Source of the DNA: an uncultured Bacilli bacterium
GTDB taxonomy: Bacteria > Bacillota_I > Bacilli_A > RF39 > UBA660
Reading direction: 5' to 3'
Length of the DNA: 64,000 nt
Assembly (NCBI GenBank): GCA_934098515.1
Contig: CAKOOK010000003.1
Span: 5,070-69,069, forward strand
The notes beneath the pieces were generated by a model, which saw nothing but the letters and a program-made list of their open reading frames with translations, was not told the DNA's origin and searched no databases. Below are positions 16,723-26,440 of the stretch, piece by piece. The position numbers and the translations under genes are program-made. Position 1 is the stretch's first letter. Each line of letters opens with the position of its first letter.

Positions 16723-16801
16723 ACATAGTATATCAAATGAAAATATTTATTTCAAGCAAAAAAACTTGTATAAATTAGCTTTAATGTAGTATAATTAATT
16801 T

Positions 16802-16895
16802 AAGGAAGAGCACTAACCCCTGAAAGTTAGGCTTCTCCAGATTGTTTTCTTTTGAAGCTACTTAACAGGTAATGTTAGTAGCTTCTTTTATTTTA
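16802..16895 (+). ncRNA. candidate antisense small RNA (type I antitoxin-like)
   Basis: Promoter TTGTAT (16766-16771), 18 nt, TATAAT (16790-16795). No ORF. Terminator hairpin GAAGCTACT...AGTAGCTTC (16854-16885) plus TTTTATTTT, which overlaps the stop codon of the convergent 29-codon ORF. Confidence 0.5.
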
Positions 16896-16982
16896 TCTAA
16901 AAATAATAACAATTACCTTTAAAATAATTAAAAGGACGATTATGATAATTAAATTATCTAAAATAGATTTTAATTTTTTCAT
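16893..16982 (-). CDS. 29-aa hydrophobic peptide (type I toxin-like)
   Basis: Own translation: MKKLKSILDNLIIIIVLLIILKVIVIIFR. SD AAGGGAG lies 8 nt before the ATG. Promoter TTGCAT (17066-17071), 17 nt, TAATAT (17043-17048). Not in the supplied track (too short). Confidence 0.5.
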   Translation of the reverse strand: MKKLKSILDNLIIIIVLLIILKVIVIIFR

Positions 16983-17152
16983 ATACATCACTCCCTTCTT
17001 TTTAAGACGGGAGAAGCCTAACATAGTACTCTTCGAGTAGGTATATTATCATAAACATCAAACACATGCAAGCCCTTTAATTATGCTGGTTTGCAGACTT
17101 TTAAAATCTGTAATTACCATATAAAAAAAGATAGCACTTTAAGCATGCCATC

Positions 17153-17440
17153 CTATAACTTTTCAATAACTGCTGCATTCTTCTCTAAGCATCTAATCAA
17201 ATCAGCATGATCATACTTTTCAAAGATTGCTCTAAATCTATCTGGATTTATAAAGAACATATGAGTATGTCCCATAAACACCTCTTTATAATTCTTAATT
17301 CCAATACCTTTCAAATAAGCATAATTTTCTTTAACTAATGATGGAAACAATTTAAGTTTCTCAATAACACTTGCTTCACTAGAACCATTAATCATTGTAA
17401 TATCATCATCAGTTAATCCTAAATCTTTTAAATAATTCAT
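17153..17440 (-). CDS. hypothetical protein (95 aa)
   Basis: ORF with start/stop overlap (ATTATC...) with the upstream gene. No family recognised. Confidence 0.5.
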   Translation of the reverse strand: MNYLKDLGLTDDDITMINGSSEASVIEKLKLFPSLVKENYAYLKGIGIKNYKEVFMGHTHMFFINPDRFRAIFEKYDHADLIRCLEKNAAVIEKL

Positions 17441-18867
17441 TATCTATTACCTCCTAAATCATTCAAATGCTTAGCTTTAACAATTAAATCAGTAATATTT
17501 GCTTCACTAACCTTAGGTCCATAACTCTTTATAACTTCATTTAAATCAAAACTATTAATAAGTGGAAGTGCTGATAATACATAACTTATATTACTAGTAG
17601 TTTGTCCAGCAAGTAAAAGTTTACTAATTACATGCTCTATCTCAGCTGGTGTACTTGTCGTAAATAAATCTGCTGAATCATAAATAGCATCTAACTTAAT
17701 ATTATTTCTCTTAAGTACATCAAATACTTTCTTATACATCTCTTTATTATAATTACTCTTTAATCTATCTTGATCAGTAGCTGTAAACTTATGATAATCA
17801 ACACCATTCTCAGTAAATAAATTAGCAAGTTCTTCAGTTTCATCATTAGAAGGAGTAACAGGTTCAAAACTTAAACTATTATCTTTAACTTCATCCTTCT
17901 TATCATCAAGAGGTGCCTCAGGCTCAGCATTTAAATCAGCTTCACTTAACCCTTCAAAACTAAAGCCTCCATCAAACACATTAGTACTAGGCTCAAAAAT
18001 ATTTACAGTTTCAGGCTTAACACCAGCATTTACTTCAGTCTTAACATTCTCTACTACAGGCTCTGTTTTCTTTTCTTCCTCTTTTACCTCTGGTTCCTTT
18101 TCACTTTCCTTAGATTCCTCTTCATCTAAACCCGTACCAAAAATACTAGCATACTCATTATCTATAGAATCATTTAAAGCTTTAAAATCAATCTTCTGAT
18201 AATCACTTGAAGGCTCCTCTAAAACTTTCTCATCGCTTACTGAATTATCACTAACAGTAGCCTCTTCTTCTGGTTCATCCATCTTACTTATCTCATCAAA
18301 CACTGGACTATCCAAATTAACATCATCATACTTCTTAACCTCAAAAGTAGGTTCAAATATTAAGTTCTCTGGGTTTTCAGACGCAAAATCAACAATACGA
18401 TTTAACTCTTTAGAATAGTACTCTAATGCCTTAGAATAATTATTTAATCTATCAGTCTTAATCTCTTTATCCTTCTTTAAATTAATTAGTAAGTCTTTAA
18501 TAGCTCTTGCTTTCTCAGTAAGTTCACCAATCTTTTCACGATACTTAGTAATCTCATTTTGTTTAGCAATCATCTTAGCATTAATCTCTTTATTACCAGC
18601 CTCAACAATCGCATTTAAATCTTTCTTACCAAATCTTTCGTTTAAATCAGTTAAATCTACTTCAAGTGCTTTAATTTCTTCTTCTAAAGACTTAATTTTC
18701 TCCTTAGCATTATCAACATCATTCTTATATCCTTTAGCTTCATCTATTTTCTTATCAATCTTAGACTTAACATCATCCAAAGCCTTCTCAGAATCACTTT
18801 TCTTAGTTTCCAACTCACTAATAATTGCTTTTAACTTACTATTTATTTCATTTATCAAGTTTATCAT
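17440..18867 (-). CDS. coiled-coil / acidic low-complexity protein (475 aa)
   Basis: The N-terminal ~170 aa are heptad-rich (K/E/L). The middle is E/P/V-rich. The C-terminal globular part resembles the downstream 95-aa protein in style. No family recognised. Confidence 0.5.
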   Translation of the reverse strand: MINLINEINSKLKAIISELETKKSDSEKALDDVKSKIDKKIDEAKGYKNDVDNAKEKIKSLEEEIKALEVDLTDLNERFGKKDLNAIVEAGNKEINAKMIAKQNEITKYREKIGELTEKARAIKDLLINLKKDKEIKTDRLNNYSKALEYYSKELNRIVDFASENPENLIFEPTFEVKKYDDVNLDSPVFDEISKMDEPEEEATVSDNSVSDEKVLEEPSSDYQKIDFKALNDSIDNEYASIFGTGLDEEESKESEKEPEVKEEEKKTEPVVENVKTEVNAGVKPETVNIFEPSTNVFDGGFSFEGLSEADLNAEPEAPLDDKKDEVKDNSLSFEPVTPSNDETEELANLFTENGVDYHKFTATDQDRLKSNYNKEMYKKVFDVLKRNNIKLDAIYDSADLFTTSTPAEIEHVISKLLLAGQTTSNISYVLSALPLINSFDLNEVIKSYGPKVSEANITDLIVKAKHLNDLGGNR

Positions 18868-18955
18868 CGTACAACCCTTCCTATTCTAAAGAAATTATAG
18901 CAGAATTTTTCTAACTTGTAAATAACATGCCTACCATTTTACAAGACTTTTATTC

Positions 18956-19861
18956 TCACTCTTCAAACGTATCTAAATCATTTTCATACTTCTTTAAATA
19001 AAAGTTTGCATTATACTCCTTACCATGATTATTCACTAAAGTATCATTAATTGGTATTATCGTATAATCTTTAAGTATTACATATTCATAAGTAAGCGTT
19101 AATACTTCATCATAATATTTACTTAATAAATTCATCTTTAAAGTAGTCGTACTAAGAACACCACCTTTATAATACTCTACAACTTCATAAAAAGCCTTAT
19201 CTGTTTTAACAATTCTCTGATTATAAATTTTTAGTATTTTCTCTCCTTCGTAATTACCATCAATCTTACTAATACTATCATCAACATTTATCTTCTTAAT
19301 AAAATCATAATAACCATAATTCTTCTTATACAAAACATTATCCTTAGCATAAAACAAATTACCCATCAAATCATAACTAATTGGTACCTTAAAATAATCA
19401 CTATAATCATGAACTACATAATCACTAGAACTATATATCGCATTATCATAATAATCATAAGTGTTTTCTACATTTCTATCGTAATTACTATCCCTAAAAG
19501 TATACTTCTTATTATTATCTGAATAAAAAGAAATATCTGCTCCATAAGGAATATCCATACTAAGCACTTTTACTTCTTCTGGAATATCAAATACCTTCTT
19601 ATATTTAAAATTACCTTCTCTTAAACTAGACGGATCAAATATATAAGCCTCATGCCCCGTAATAAATGCCATTTCTGAAAATAAAGTACCATCATTAATA
19701 ACATCACCACTTATCTTCTTATAATAACTATCATCATCTACCTTTTTATTATACATTACCTCTTCTTTTAAACTATTTAAGTTTACTTTATCTTCTTCAT
19801 TCTTACCGCAACCTATGACCATCAAAACAACAATCAATAACAAAAATACTTTCCTTTTCAT
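18956..19861 (-). CDS. putative lipoprotein
   Basis: Signal peptide with lipobox: LLIVVLMVIGC|GKNE. Confidence 0.6.
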   Translation of the reverse strand: MKRKVFLLLIVVLMVIGCGKNEEDKVNLNSLKEEVMYNKKVDDDSYYKKISGDVINDGTLFSEMAFITGHEAYIFDPSSLREGNFKYKKVFDIPEEVKVLSMDIPYGADISFYSDNNKKYTFRDSNYDRNVENTYDYYDNAIYSSSDYVVHDYSDYFKVPISYDLMGNLFYAKDNVLYKKNYGYYDFIKKINVDDSISKIDGNYEGEKILKIYNQRIVKTDKAFYEVVEYYKGGVLSTTTLKMNLLSKYYDEVLTLTYEYVILKDYTIIPINDTLVNNHGKEYNANFYLKKYENDLDTFEE

Positions 19862-19932
19862 AATCCTCCTACCTTATAAAGATTATATAAAAAATAAATA
19901 TTCTTAGCAACTTAAAAAGAGCCCTAAAGCCC

Positions 19933-20640
19933 TTAACATTTCTTCTCAAGAATATCTAACACTTCATACAAAACAAATGAAATAATCATAATAATCACAA
20001 TTCCTGCCATTACAAGTGTTAAATTAAATACCTGAGTTCCATATAAAATTAAATAACCTATACCCGCTTTACTTACCAAAAACTCTCCCATAATAACGCC
20101 AATTAAACTCATCGAAATATTAAGCTTCAAACTAGAAAAGATTGTCTTTTTATTACTAGCAATCACTAACTTAGTCATAATCTGATAAGTACTTGCTCCA
20201 AAACTTTTAAACATCTTTATCTTATAAGCATCCGTTGTAATCAGTCCATTATAAATCGTAACAAGCGTTACAATAACATTAATAAGTAAACTCATAACTA
20301 CAATAGACTTCATATTAGCACCTAACCAAATAATTAATATTGGCCCCAAAGATACTTTAGGTAAACTATTTAAAAGCGTAAGATATGGATCCATTACCCT
20401 CTTCAAAAAAGGAATTAAATAAAATATTACTGCTAAAACAAAACCTAATAAAGAACCTATCGTAAAACTAAGCATAATCTCCTTTAAAGTAGTTAGTACA
20501 TGAATATAAAGTTCTCCACTAACAAGTAGCCCTTTAATCGACATCATTACTTTATATGGACTAGAGAAAATAAAACTATTTATTACTCCCTTATCACTAA
20601 GTATCTGCCATAACCCTAAAAATAATATCAAAATAAACAC
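19933..20640 (-). CDS. ABC transporter permease (NitT/TauT/SsuC-type)
   Basis: Multi-TM protein with an EAA-like loop, adjacent to the ATPase and binding protein. The GTG start has no SD. The frame stays open upstream to 20715 (see findings). Confidence 0.7.
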   Translation of the reverse strand: MFILILFLGLWQILSDKGVINSFIFSSPYKVMMSIKGLLVSGELYIHVLTTLKEIMLSFTIGSLLGFVLAVIFYLIPFLKRVMDPYLTLLNSLPKVSLGPILIIWLGANMKSIVVMSLLINVIVTLVTIYNGLITTDAYKIKMFKSFGASTYQIMTKLVIASNKKTIFSSLKLNISMSLIGVIMGEFLVSKAGIGYLILYGTQVFNLTLVMAGIVIIMIISFVLYEVLDILEKKC

Positions 20641-20698
20641 TTGTAAGAAAATAACACTAAAAGATTCTAACTTTCTTCTTTTTAAAAATCTTTTTTGT

Positions 20699-21442
20699 CT
20701 AAGAGATATCTTTATCTAAATCACCCCATATCTTATCATAATAATCATAAAAATTATTTGCTTTTCGCTTTTCAGAAGGAGTATCACCCAAAAGATTAAT
20801 CTCATATATATTTTTTACTTTAGCAGGCCTTTTAGAAAGAACTATAACCCTATCGCAAAATGAAACACACTCTGCAATATCATGACTTATTAAAATAGTA
20901 GTAACCTTAAGTTCCTTTAATATCTTATATATATCGTCCGTAATAGTAAGCCTTGTTACATAATCAAGTGCCGAAAGTGGCTCATCAAGTAGTACCAAAT
21001 TAGGTTTTATCGCAAGAGTCCTAGCAAGAGCAACCCTTTGTCTCATACCACCAGAAAGTTCTGACGGCATCTTTTCTAAAAACTTATCTAAACCAAACTG
21101 ATTAAGCAATCCTTTTGTATAATTAACTGTTTCCTCATTTAGCATCTTTTTAAGCCTTAAACCAAGCGTTGCATTATCAAGTACATTTTTATATGGAAGA
21201 AGCGCATCACTTTGCAGCATATAACCATAATTACTATTATATCTTATAACCTTACCGCCAGTTTCCTTATCTAACCCAGCAATAATATTTAAAAGCGTAC
21301 TCTTGCCACACCCACTAGAACCAACAATTCCAATAATTTCCCCATCATGAACATCAAAAGATACATCACCTACTGCTTCCACTTCACCAGATAAAGTATT
21401 AAAACTCTTTTCTACATTAACTAGTTTTAAAACATCATTCAT
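20699..21442 (-). CDS. ABC transporter ATP-binding protein
   Basis: Walker A GSSGCGKST, signature LSGGMRQR, Walker B LVLLDEP. Confidence 0.9.
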   Translation of the reverse strand: MNDVLKLVNVEKSFNTLSGEVEAVGDVSFDVHDGEIIGIVGSSGCGKSTLLNIIAGLDKETGGKVIRYNSNYGYMLQSDALLPYKNVLDNATLGLRLKKMLNEETVNYTKGLLNQFGLDKFLEKMPSELSGGMRQRVALARTLAIKPNLVLLDEPLSALDYVTRLTITDDIYKILKELKVTTILISHDIAECVSFCDRVIVLSKRPAKVKNIYEINLLGDTPSEKRKANNFYDYYDKIWGDLDKDIS

Positions 21443-22406
21443 TTACAATCAAAGTACTATAAGGTAACCTTTCACTAATCATCTTATTCTTAATTAACAT
21501 ATCTGTTAAATTATCATAAGACTTCTCACTTATAAAAGAACTATTAAGAAAACTATCTGCTCTTTTATATCTATTAATTATACTAGTTAAATCTTCTAGT
21601 GAAGTATCTGGAAACTGACTTAAAATATCCTTAGCAATTACTTCTGCATCATTATTAAAAGTATAAACAAGCCCCTTATCAATAGCTTTTCTAAAACCAT
21701 CTATAATATCTTTATTTGCACTTACATAACTTCTCTTAGCATTAAATGCTGTGTATGGTACCTCACCAGAGTACTTACCAACACTATCATAAACATAACC
21801 ATAACCCATCTTCTCTAACTTAGTCGCATTAGGTTCAAATAAATTAACAAAGTCTCCCGTACCACCAACAAATGCACTAGTTAAATTAGCAAAATCAACT
21901 GAATCATTAACATTAACACCAGTAATATTTTCCTTTTCTAAAGCATTATAAAAGTTTACTATCGGCATTCCCCCACGTCTACCAGCAAGTATTTCCTTTC
22001 CTTTTAAACTATCTAATGTAAAATTATCTATCTTTTTTCTAGAAACAATAAACTGCCCATCTCTTTTAGTAAGCCCAGCAAAAGAAACTAAATAATCCTT
22101 CTCTCCATTATCATAAACATACATAGTCGCTTCTGGCCCGCAGAAACCTACATGAACATCCCCTGATATAACTGCAGCAGTAACATTATTTGCTCCACTA
22201 GTAAGAATTAAATCTATCTTTATACCTTCATCTTCAAAATAACCTTTTTCTATTGCTACATAAAATGGTGTATAAAAAGCACTATGAGTAACTTCCGCAA
22301 CCTTAACCACATTTAAATCATCTCTCACTTTATCATGCCTATTCATAAAAATCACTAAAAATAAAACTGTAACAAATACTGCCAAACACAATATCTTTTT
22401 TTTCAT
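21435..22406 (-). CDS. ABC transporter substrate-binding protein (NMT1/SsuA-like)
   Basis: N-terminal signal/anchor, then ...VTHSAFYTPFYVAIEKGYFEDEGIKIDL..., typical of NMT1/THI5-like binding proteins. The operon order is SBP-ATPase-permease. Confidence 0.65.
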   Translation of the reverse strand: MKKKILCLAVFVTVLFLVIFMNRHDKVRDDLNVVKVAEVTHSAFYTPFYVAIEKGYFEDEGIKIDLILTSGANNVTAAVISGDVHVGFCGPEATMYVYDNGEKDYLVSFAGLTKRDGQFIVSRKKIDNFTLDSLKGKEILAGRRGGMPIVNFYNALEKENITGVNVNDSVDFANLTSAFVGGTGDFVNLFEPNATKLEKMGYGYVYDSVGKYSGEVPYTAFNAKRSYVSANKDIIDGFRKAIDKGLVYTFNNDAEVIAKDILSQFPDTSLEDLTSIINRYKRADSFLNSSFISEKSYDNLTDMLIKNKMISERLPYSTLIVNE

Positions 22407-22443
22407 AAATCCCCCTTACTCACTTATAATTTATTCAAAATAT

Positions 22444-22466
22444 AAAAAAAAGGCACAACTAATGCC
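22444..22466 (-). terminator. weak rho-independent terminator after the TraX-like gene
   Basis: On the minus strand: GGCA-TTAGTTG-TGCC followed by T8. Confidence 0.45.
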
Positions 22467-23204
22467 CTACCCAATAACTGGAATATTCCCATGAAGTACT
22501 AATCTAATAACACCACAAATAATTAAATGTGCTGGATATATAATATAGAAAAGCCACTTCATCCATTTACAATTACCTGGTTTATTATTATATCTTTTAA
22601 GAAGTGGAATCGTAAAAATTGTGCACATCTGTAAAATACCATACGCTGGATCTAAAAATATTGCAAACACTAAAGCATAAAAGAAAGTAAAAAATGGAAT
22701 AACAAACATTCTCTTATTAAAATTATCCTTGTTAATATATCCATATAATACCATAAGTGTACCTATCATACTCCAATCCGCTGGAAATGCTAGTATGCAG
22801 ACTAAACATATAAGCAAAAACTTATATATACCCTTCATCTTAGAATCATATATCATTATTGACACAAGCCCTAAAAGTAAAGACCACATAACACTTGTCT
22901 GATTAAATATTGACCCCCTAGCAAATGGAATATAATTAATCCCAAACGCAAAACAATAAGCAAAATGTGAAACTATACTAAACAAAAACAACCTTAATGC
23001 ATACTTCTTAACATTTCTTGTATAAATATACCCCTCTGTTATAAAAAAACAAAATATAGGTGCTGCAAGCCTACCTATCGCATGTAAAAGTAAAATACCT
23101 ACACCATTATCATATCCCGGATATAGCACCCATAATGCATGATCAAACAGCATCGCAAATATAGCTATCATCTTTAATTGATTTCTATTAAGTTCAAAGT
23201 TCAT
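22467..23204 (-). CDS. TraX-family membrane protein
   Basis: LKMIAIFAMLFDHALWVL at the N-terminus and a polytopic membrane profile, as in TraX family proteins. Confidence 0.65.
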   Translation of the reverse strand: MNFELNRNQLKMIAIFAMLFDHALWVLYPGYDNGVGILLLHAIGRLAAPIFCFFITEGYIYTRNVKKYALRLFLFSIVSHFAYCFAFGINYIPFARGSIFNQTSVMWSLLLGLVSIMIYDSKMKGIYKFLLICLVCILAFPADWSMIGTLMVLYGYINKDNFNKRMFVIPFFTFFYALVFAIFLDPAYGILQMCTIFTIPLLKRYNNKPGNCKWMKWLFYIIYPAHLIICGVIRLVLHGNIPVIG

Positions 23205-23294
23205 ACAATCACCACACTAATTATACATTATTCTCAATTAAGTAGCAATTATTTATTAATCTCATGGTATAATATCAAAGGAAGGTGCAGTATC

Positions 23295-25226
23295 ATGAAT
23301 TACAAAAGAACAATATTATCAATTATCTATATTTATTATTTAGAACTAATATATCACTTATTTATATTTAAATCTTTCACAGCTAAAGAATTTTTATTTT
23401 TAACCCTATTTACCATTCTATTCGGTATATTTAATGACCTAATAACTAGTCTCTTTAATAAAAAAATAAATAAATGGTTATTTATCTCTATAAACGTTTT
23501 CCTAAGTATTTTATTTATCGCCCAAGTAATAAACTTTAAATTCTATGGAAACATTATAAGTATCTACTCAGTAATTCATGGTGGACAAGTATTTGGCTTC
23601 ATGGGTGCAATCATCTCTGTTATTATCAAAAATATTCCATGTGTTCTTTTATTACTAATCCCCGCAATCTTACTACTAGTATTTAATAAATATATTGAAA
23701 CAGATGATTCTAACTACAAAAACACTCTTATCAAAACCCTAATATTTATAGGGCTATTTACAATCTGCACTCTTACTTTAAACATTGACAAGAAAGACAT
23801 TTATTCTGCTAAAAACTTATATTATTATAAACACGCACCTAATCAATCTGCAAAAATCTTTGGCATTCTAACAACAATGCGCATTGATTTAGAAAGAATC
23901 ATTCACTTTGAAGAAAAAACAATCGACGTTTTCACTGAGGACACAACCGAAGAAGAAAAACCCGCCAGCAAAAATATTGAATACAATAAAGAAGACATTG
24001 ACTTTGCTGCTCTAGCAGAATCAGAAACAAACGAAGAAATCAAAAATATTCATCTATACATGAATAGTCAAGAAGCTACCGAAAAAAACAAATACACTAG
24101 TATGTTTGAAGGCAAAAATCTAATTGCTATAACTGCCGAAGCCTTTTCACCTCTTGCTGTAGATAAAGACTTAACACCAACTCTATACAAACTAGTTCAT
24201 GAAGGATTTAACTTTACCAATATGTACTCACCTATTTATTATGTTAGTACATCCGATGGAGAATATGTTACTTTAACAAGTCTCCTACCTAAAGAAAGTG
24301 TCTGGTCCTTCTATAAATCAAGTAAAAATTATCTGCCTTACGTCTATGGAAACGTCTTTAAAAAACTAGGATACTCAGCATACGCTTTTCATGATGGACA
24401 ATATAAATATTATGATCGTAACCTATCACATCCAAACATGGGATACACCTATATGGCATGTGGTAATGGTCTTCAAAAACTAATGAACTGTAAAAAATGG
24501 CCTCAAAGTGATATAGAAATGATTGACGCAACATTTGATATGTACAAAGATGAAGAAAAATTTGTAACCTACTACATGACAATATCAGGACACCTAGAAT
24601 ATAATTTCTATGGAAATAATATGGCTGCTAAAAACAAATCCCTAGTTGAAAATACTAACTACAGTACTGCCGTAAAAGCTTACAAAGCAACTCAAATTGA
24701 GCTTGATCGTGCTCTAGAGAAACTACTAACCAAACTAGAAGAAAATAATCTACTAGATAAAACTGTAATTGTCCTATCTGCAGACCACTATCCATATGGC
24801 CTAACAAATGATGAAATTAATGAAGTTACCCCACTTACCAATCCAAAATTTGATATTCACAAAAACAATTTAATTATTTGGTCATCAGACATTAAAGAAC
24901 CAATTAAAGTAGATAAACTAGCTGAAAGCCTAGACATCCTTCCTACAGTTTTAAACCTATTTGGAGTTAAATTTGACTCAAGACTTCTAATGGGTAGAGA
25001 CATCCTATCAAACGCTGATGGACTAGTTATCTTAAATGATCGTTCATGGATAACTGAAAAAGGCTTCTATGATGCGAGCACCAATAAATTTACCAAAACA
25101 ACTGACGAAGAATTACCAGACAACTATGTTGATAAAATAAGCACAATCGTCTATAACAAATTCGTAATATCAAAAAATATCTTAGAAACAAACTATTATA
25201 AATACGTATTTAAGGAGGAAGCATGA
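23295..25226 (+). CDS. LTA synthase-family (sulfatase-domain) membrane protein
   Basis: The start is taken at ATG 23295 (MNYKRTILS..., RBS GGAAGGTG). There are five or so N-terminal TM helices, then an extracellular alkaline-phosphatase-like domain (ITAEAFSP..., SADHYPYG). Confidence 0.6.
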   Translation: MNYKRTILSIIYIYYLELIYHLFIFKSFTAKEFLFLTLFTILFGIFNDLITSLFNKKINKWLFISINVFLSILFIAQVINFKFYGNIISIYSVIHGGQVFGFMGAIISVIIKNIPCVLLLLIPAILLLVFNKYIETDDSNYKNTLIKTLIFIGLFTICTLTLNIDKKDIYSAKNLYYYKHAPNQSAKIFGILTTMRIDLERIIHFEEKTIDVFTEDTTEEEKPASKNIEYNKEDIDFAALAESETNEEIKNIHLYMNSQEATEKNKYTSMFEGKNLIAITAEAFSPLAVDKDLTPTLYKLVHEGFNFTNMYSPIYYVSTSDGEYVTLTSLLPKESVWSFYKSSKNYLPYVYGNVFKKLGYSAYAFHDGQYKYYDRNLSHPNMGYTYMACGNGLQKLMNCKKWPQSDIEMIDATFDMYKDEEKFVTYYMTISGHLEYNFYGNNMAAKNKSLVENTNYSTAVKAYKATQIELDRALEKLLTKLEENNLLDKTVIVLSADHYPYGLTNDEINEVTPLTNPKFDIHKNNLIIWSSDIKEPIKVDKLAESLDILPTVLNLFGVKFDSRLLMGRDILSNADGLVILNDRSWITEKGFYDASTNKFTKTTDEELPDNYVDKISTIVYNKFVISKNILETNYYKYVFKEEA

Positions 25227-26335
25227 ATATAAAAGAAAGAATGCTATTAAGAGAAAAATTCTATAGTCCCTATGCTACAAAAGACAAAGAATCAATAAGA
25301 CTAATACCAATAGAAGAAGACATCAGACCAAACTTCTTTAGAGATATAGATCGTATTATCCATAGTACATCTTACACAAGATATATGGACAAAACTCAAG
25401 TCTTCTCTCTAAAAGACAATGACAACATTTCCAAAAGAATGGTTCACGTACAATTAGTCTCTAAAATAGCTCGCACCATCGGTAGAGCACTATCACTAAA
25501 CGAAGATTTAATTGAAGCAGCTGCTCTAGGTCATGACTTAGGACACGTCCCATTTGGTCACGAAGGAGAAAGAATATTAAATAAAATTAGTCTTAAACAT
25601 AATGAAGGATACTTTAACCACAACGTTCAAAGTGTAAGAGAACTAATGGATATTGAAAATGACGGCGAAGGCATCAACCTATCTATTCAAACACTAGATG
25701 CTATCCTATGCCATAATGGAGAACTTGAACTAAAAGAATACCATCCCAAAAAGAAAACAACTGATGAATTTTTACAAGACTATGAAAATTGTTATAAAAT
25801 TGAAGGATACACCAAAACACTTATCCCAAACACTTTAGAAGGATGTGTAGTTAGAATAAGCGACATCATCGCCTATCTAGGAAGAGATATTGAAGACGCT
25901 GAACGTCTTAATCTAATAAAAAAAGAAGACCTACCAAAAGAAATAACTGACATTATTGGTTCAACCAACAAAGAAATAGTAAACACATTAATAATGGATA
26001 TCATAAATAATAGTATAGACAAACCTTATCTTAAAATGAGCGATAACGTTTTCGAAGCACTAAAAAAACTAAAAAAATTCAACTACGAAAACATCTACTC
26101 AAAAGCCAACACCAAAGAAGAACTAGCTGAATATGAAAACATGTTTGAAAGCCTATTTAACCATCTACTAAAAGACATTAAAGACAACAACACAGATAGT
26201 AACATCTACAAAATATTTATAAAAAACAAAAATGAAAAATATAGACGAAACACCCCAGAAAGAATTGCTATCGACTACATCGCAGGTATGACCGATGACT
26301 TCTTCTTAAAAGAATATAAAAAATATGAGAACTAA
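25223..26335 (+). CDS. HD-domain dNTP triphosphohydrolase-like protein
   Basis: AALGHDLGHVPFGHEGE is the dGTPase-type HD motif. The C-terminal ...IAGMTDDFF is typical of the family. Confidence 0.75.
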   Translation: MNIKERMLLREKFYSPYATKDKESIRLIPIEEDIRPNFFRDIDRIIHSTSYTRYMDKTQVFSLKDNDNISKRMVHVQLVSKIARTIGRALSLNEDLIEAAALGHDLGHVPFGHEGERILNKISLKHNEGYFNHNVQSVRELMDIENDGEGINLSIQTLDAILCHNGELELKEYHPKKKTTDEFLQDYENCYKIEGYTKTLIPNTLEGCVVRISDIIAYLGRDIEDAERLNLIKKEDLPKEITDIIGSTNKEIVNTLIMDIINNSIDKPYLKMSDNVFEALKKLKKFNYENIYSKANTKEELAEYENMFESLFNHLLKDIKDNNTDSNIYKIFIKNKNEKYRRNTPERIAIDYIAGMTDDFFLKEYKKYEN

Positions 26336-26351
26336 TACTCATATTTTTTTT
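26322..26351 (+). terminator. rho-independent terminator overlapping the stop codon
   Basis: AATATGAG-AACTAATA-CTCATATT followed by a T-run. Confidence 0.6.
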
Positions 26352-26440
26352 ATAATCTCTTTGACAAATCTACTTATTTTTTACATTTATCAGTAAATTT
26401 GTAAAAATACTAAAAAATGAGAATTCATTAAATCCTCATT

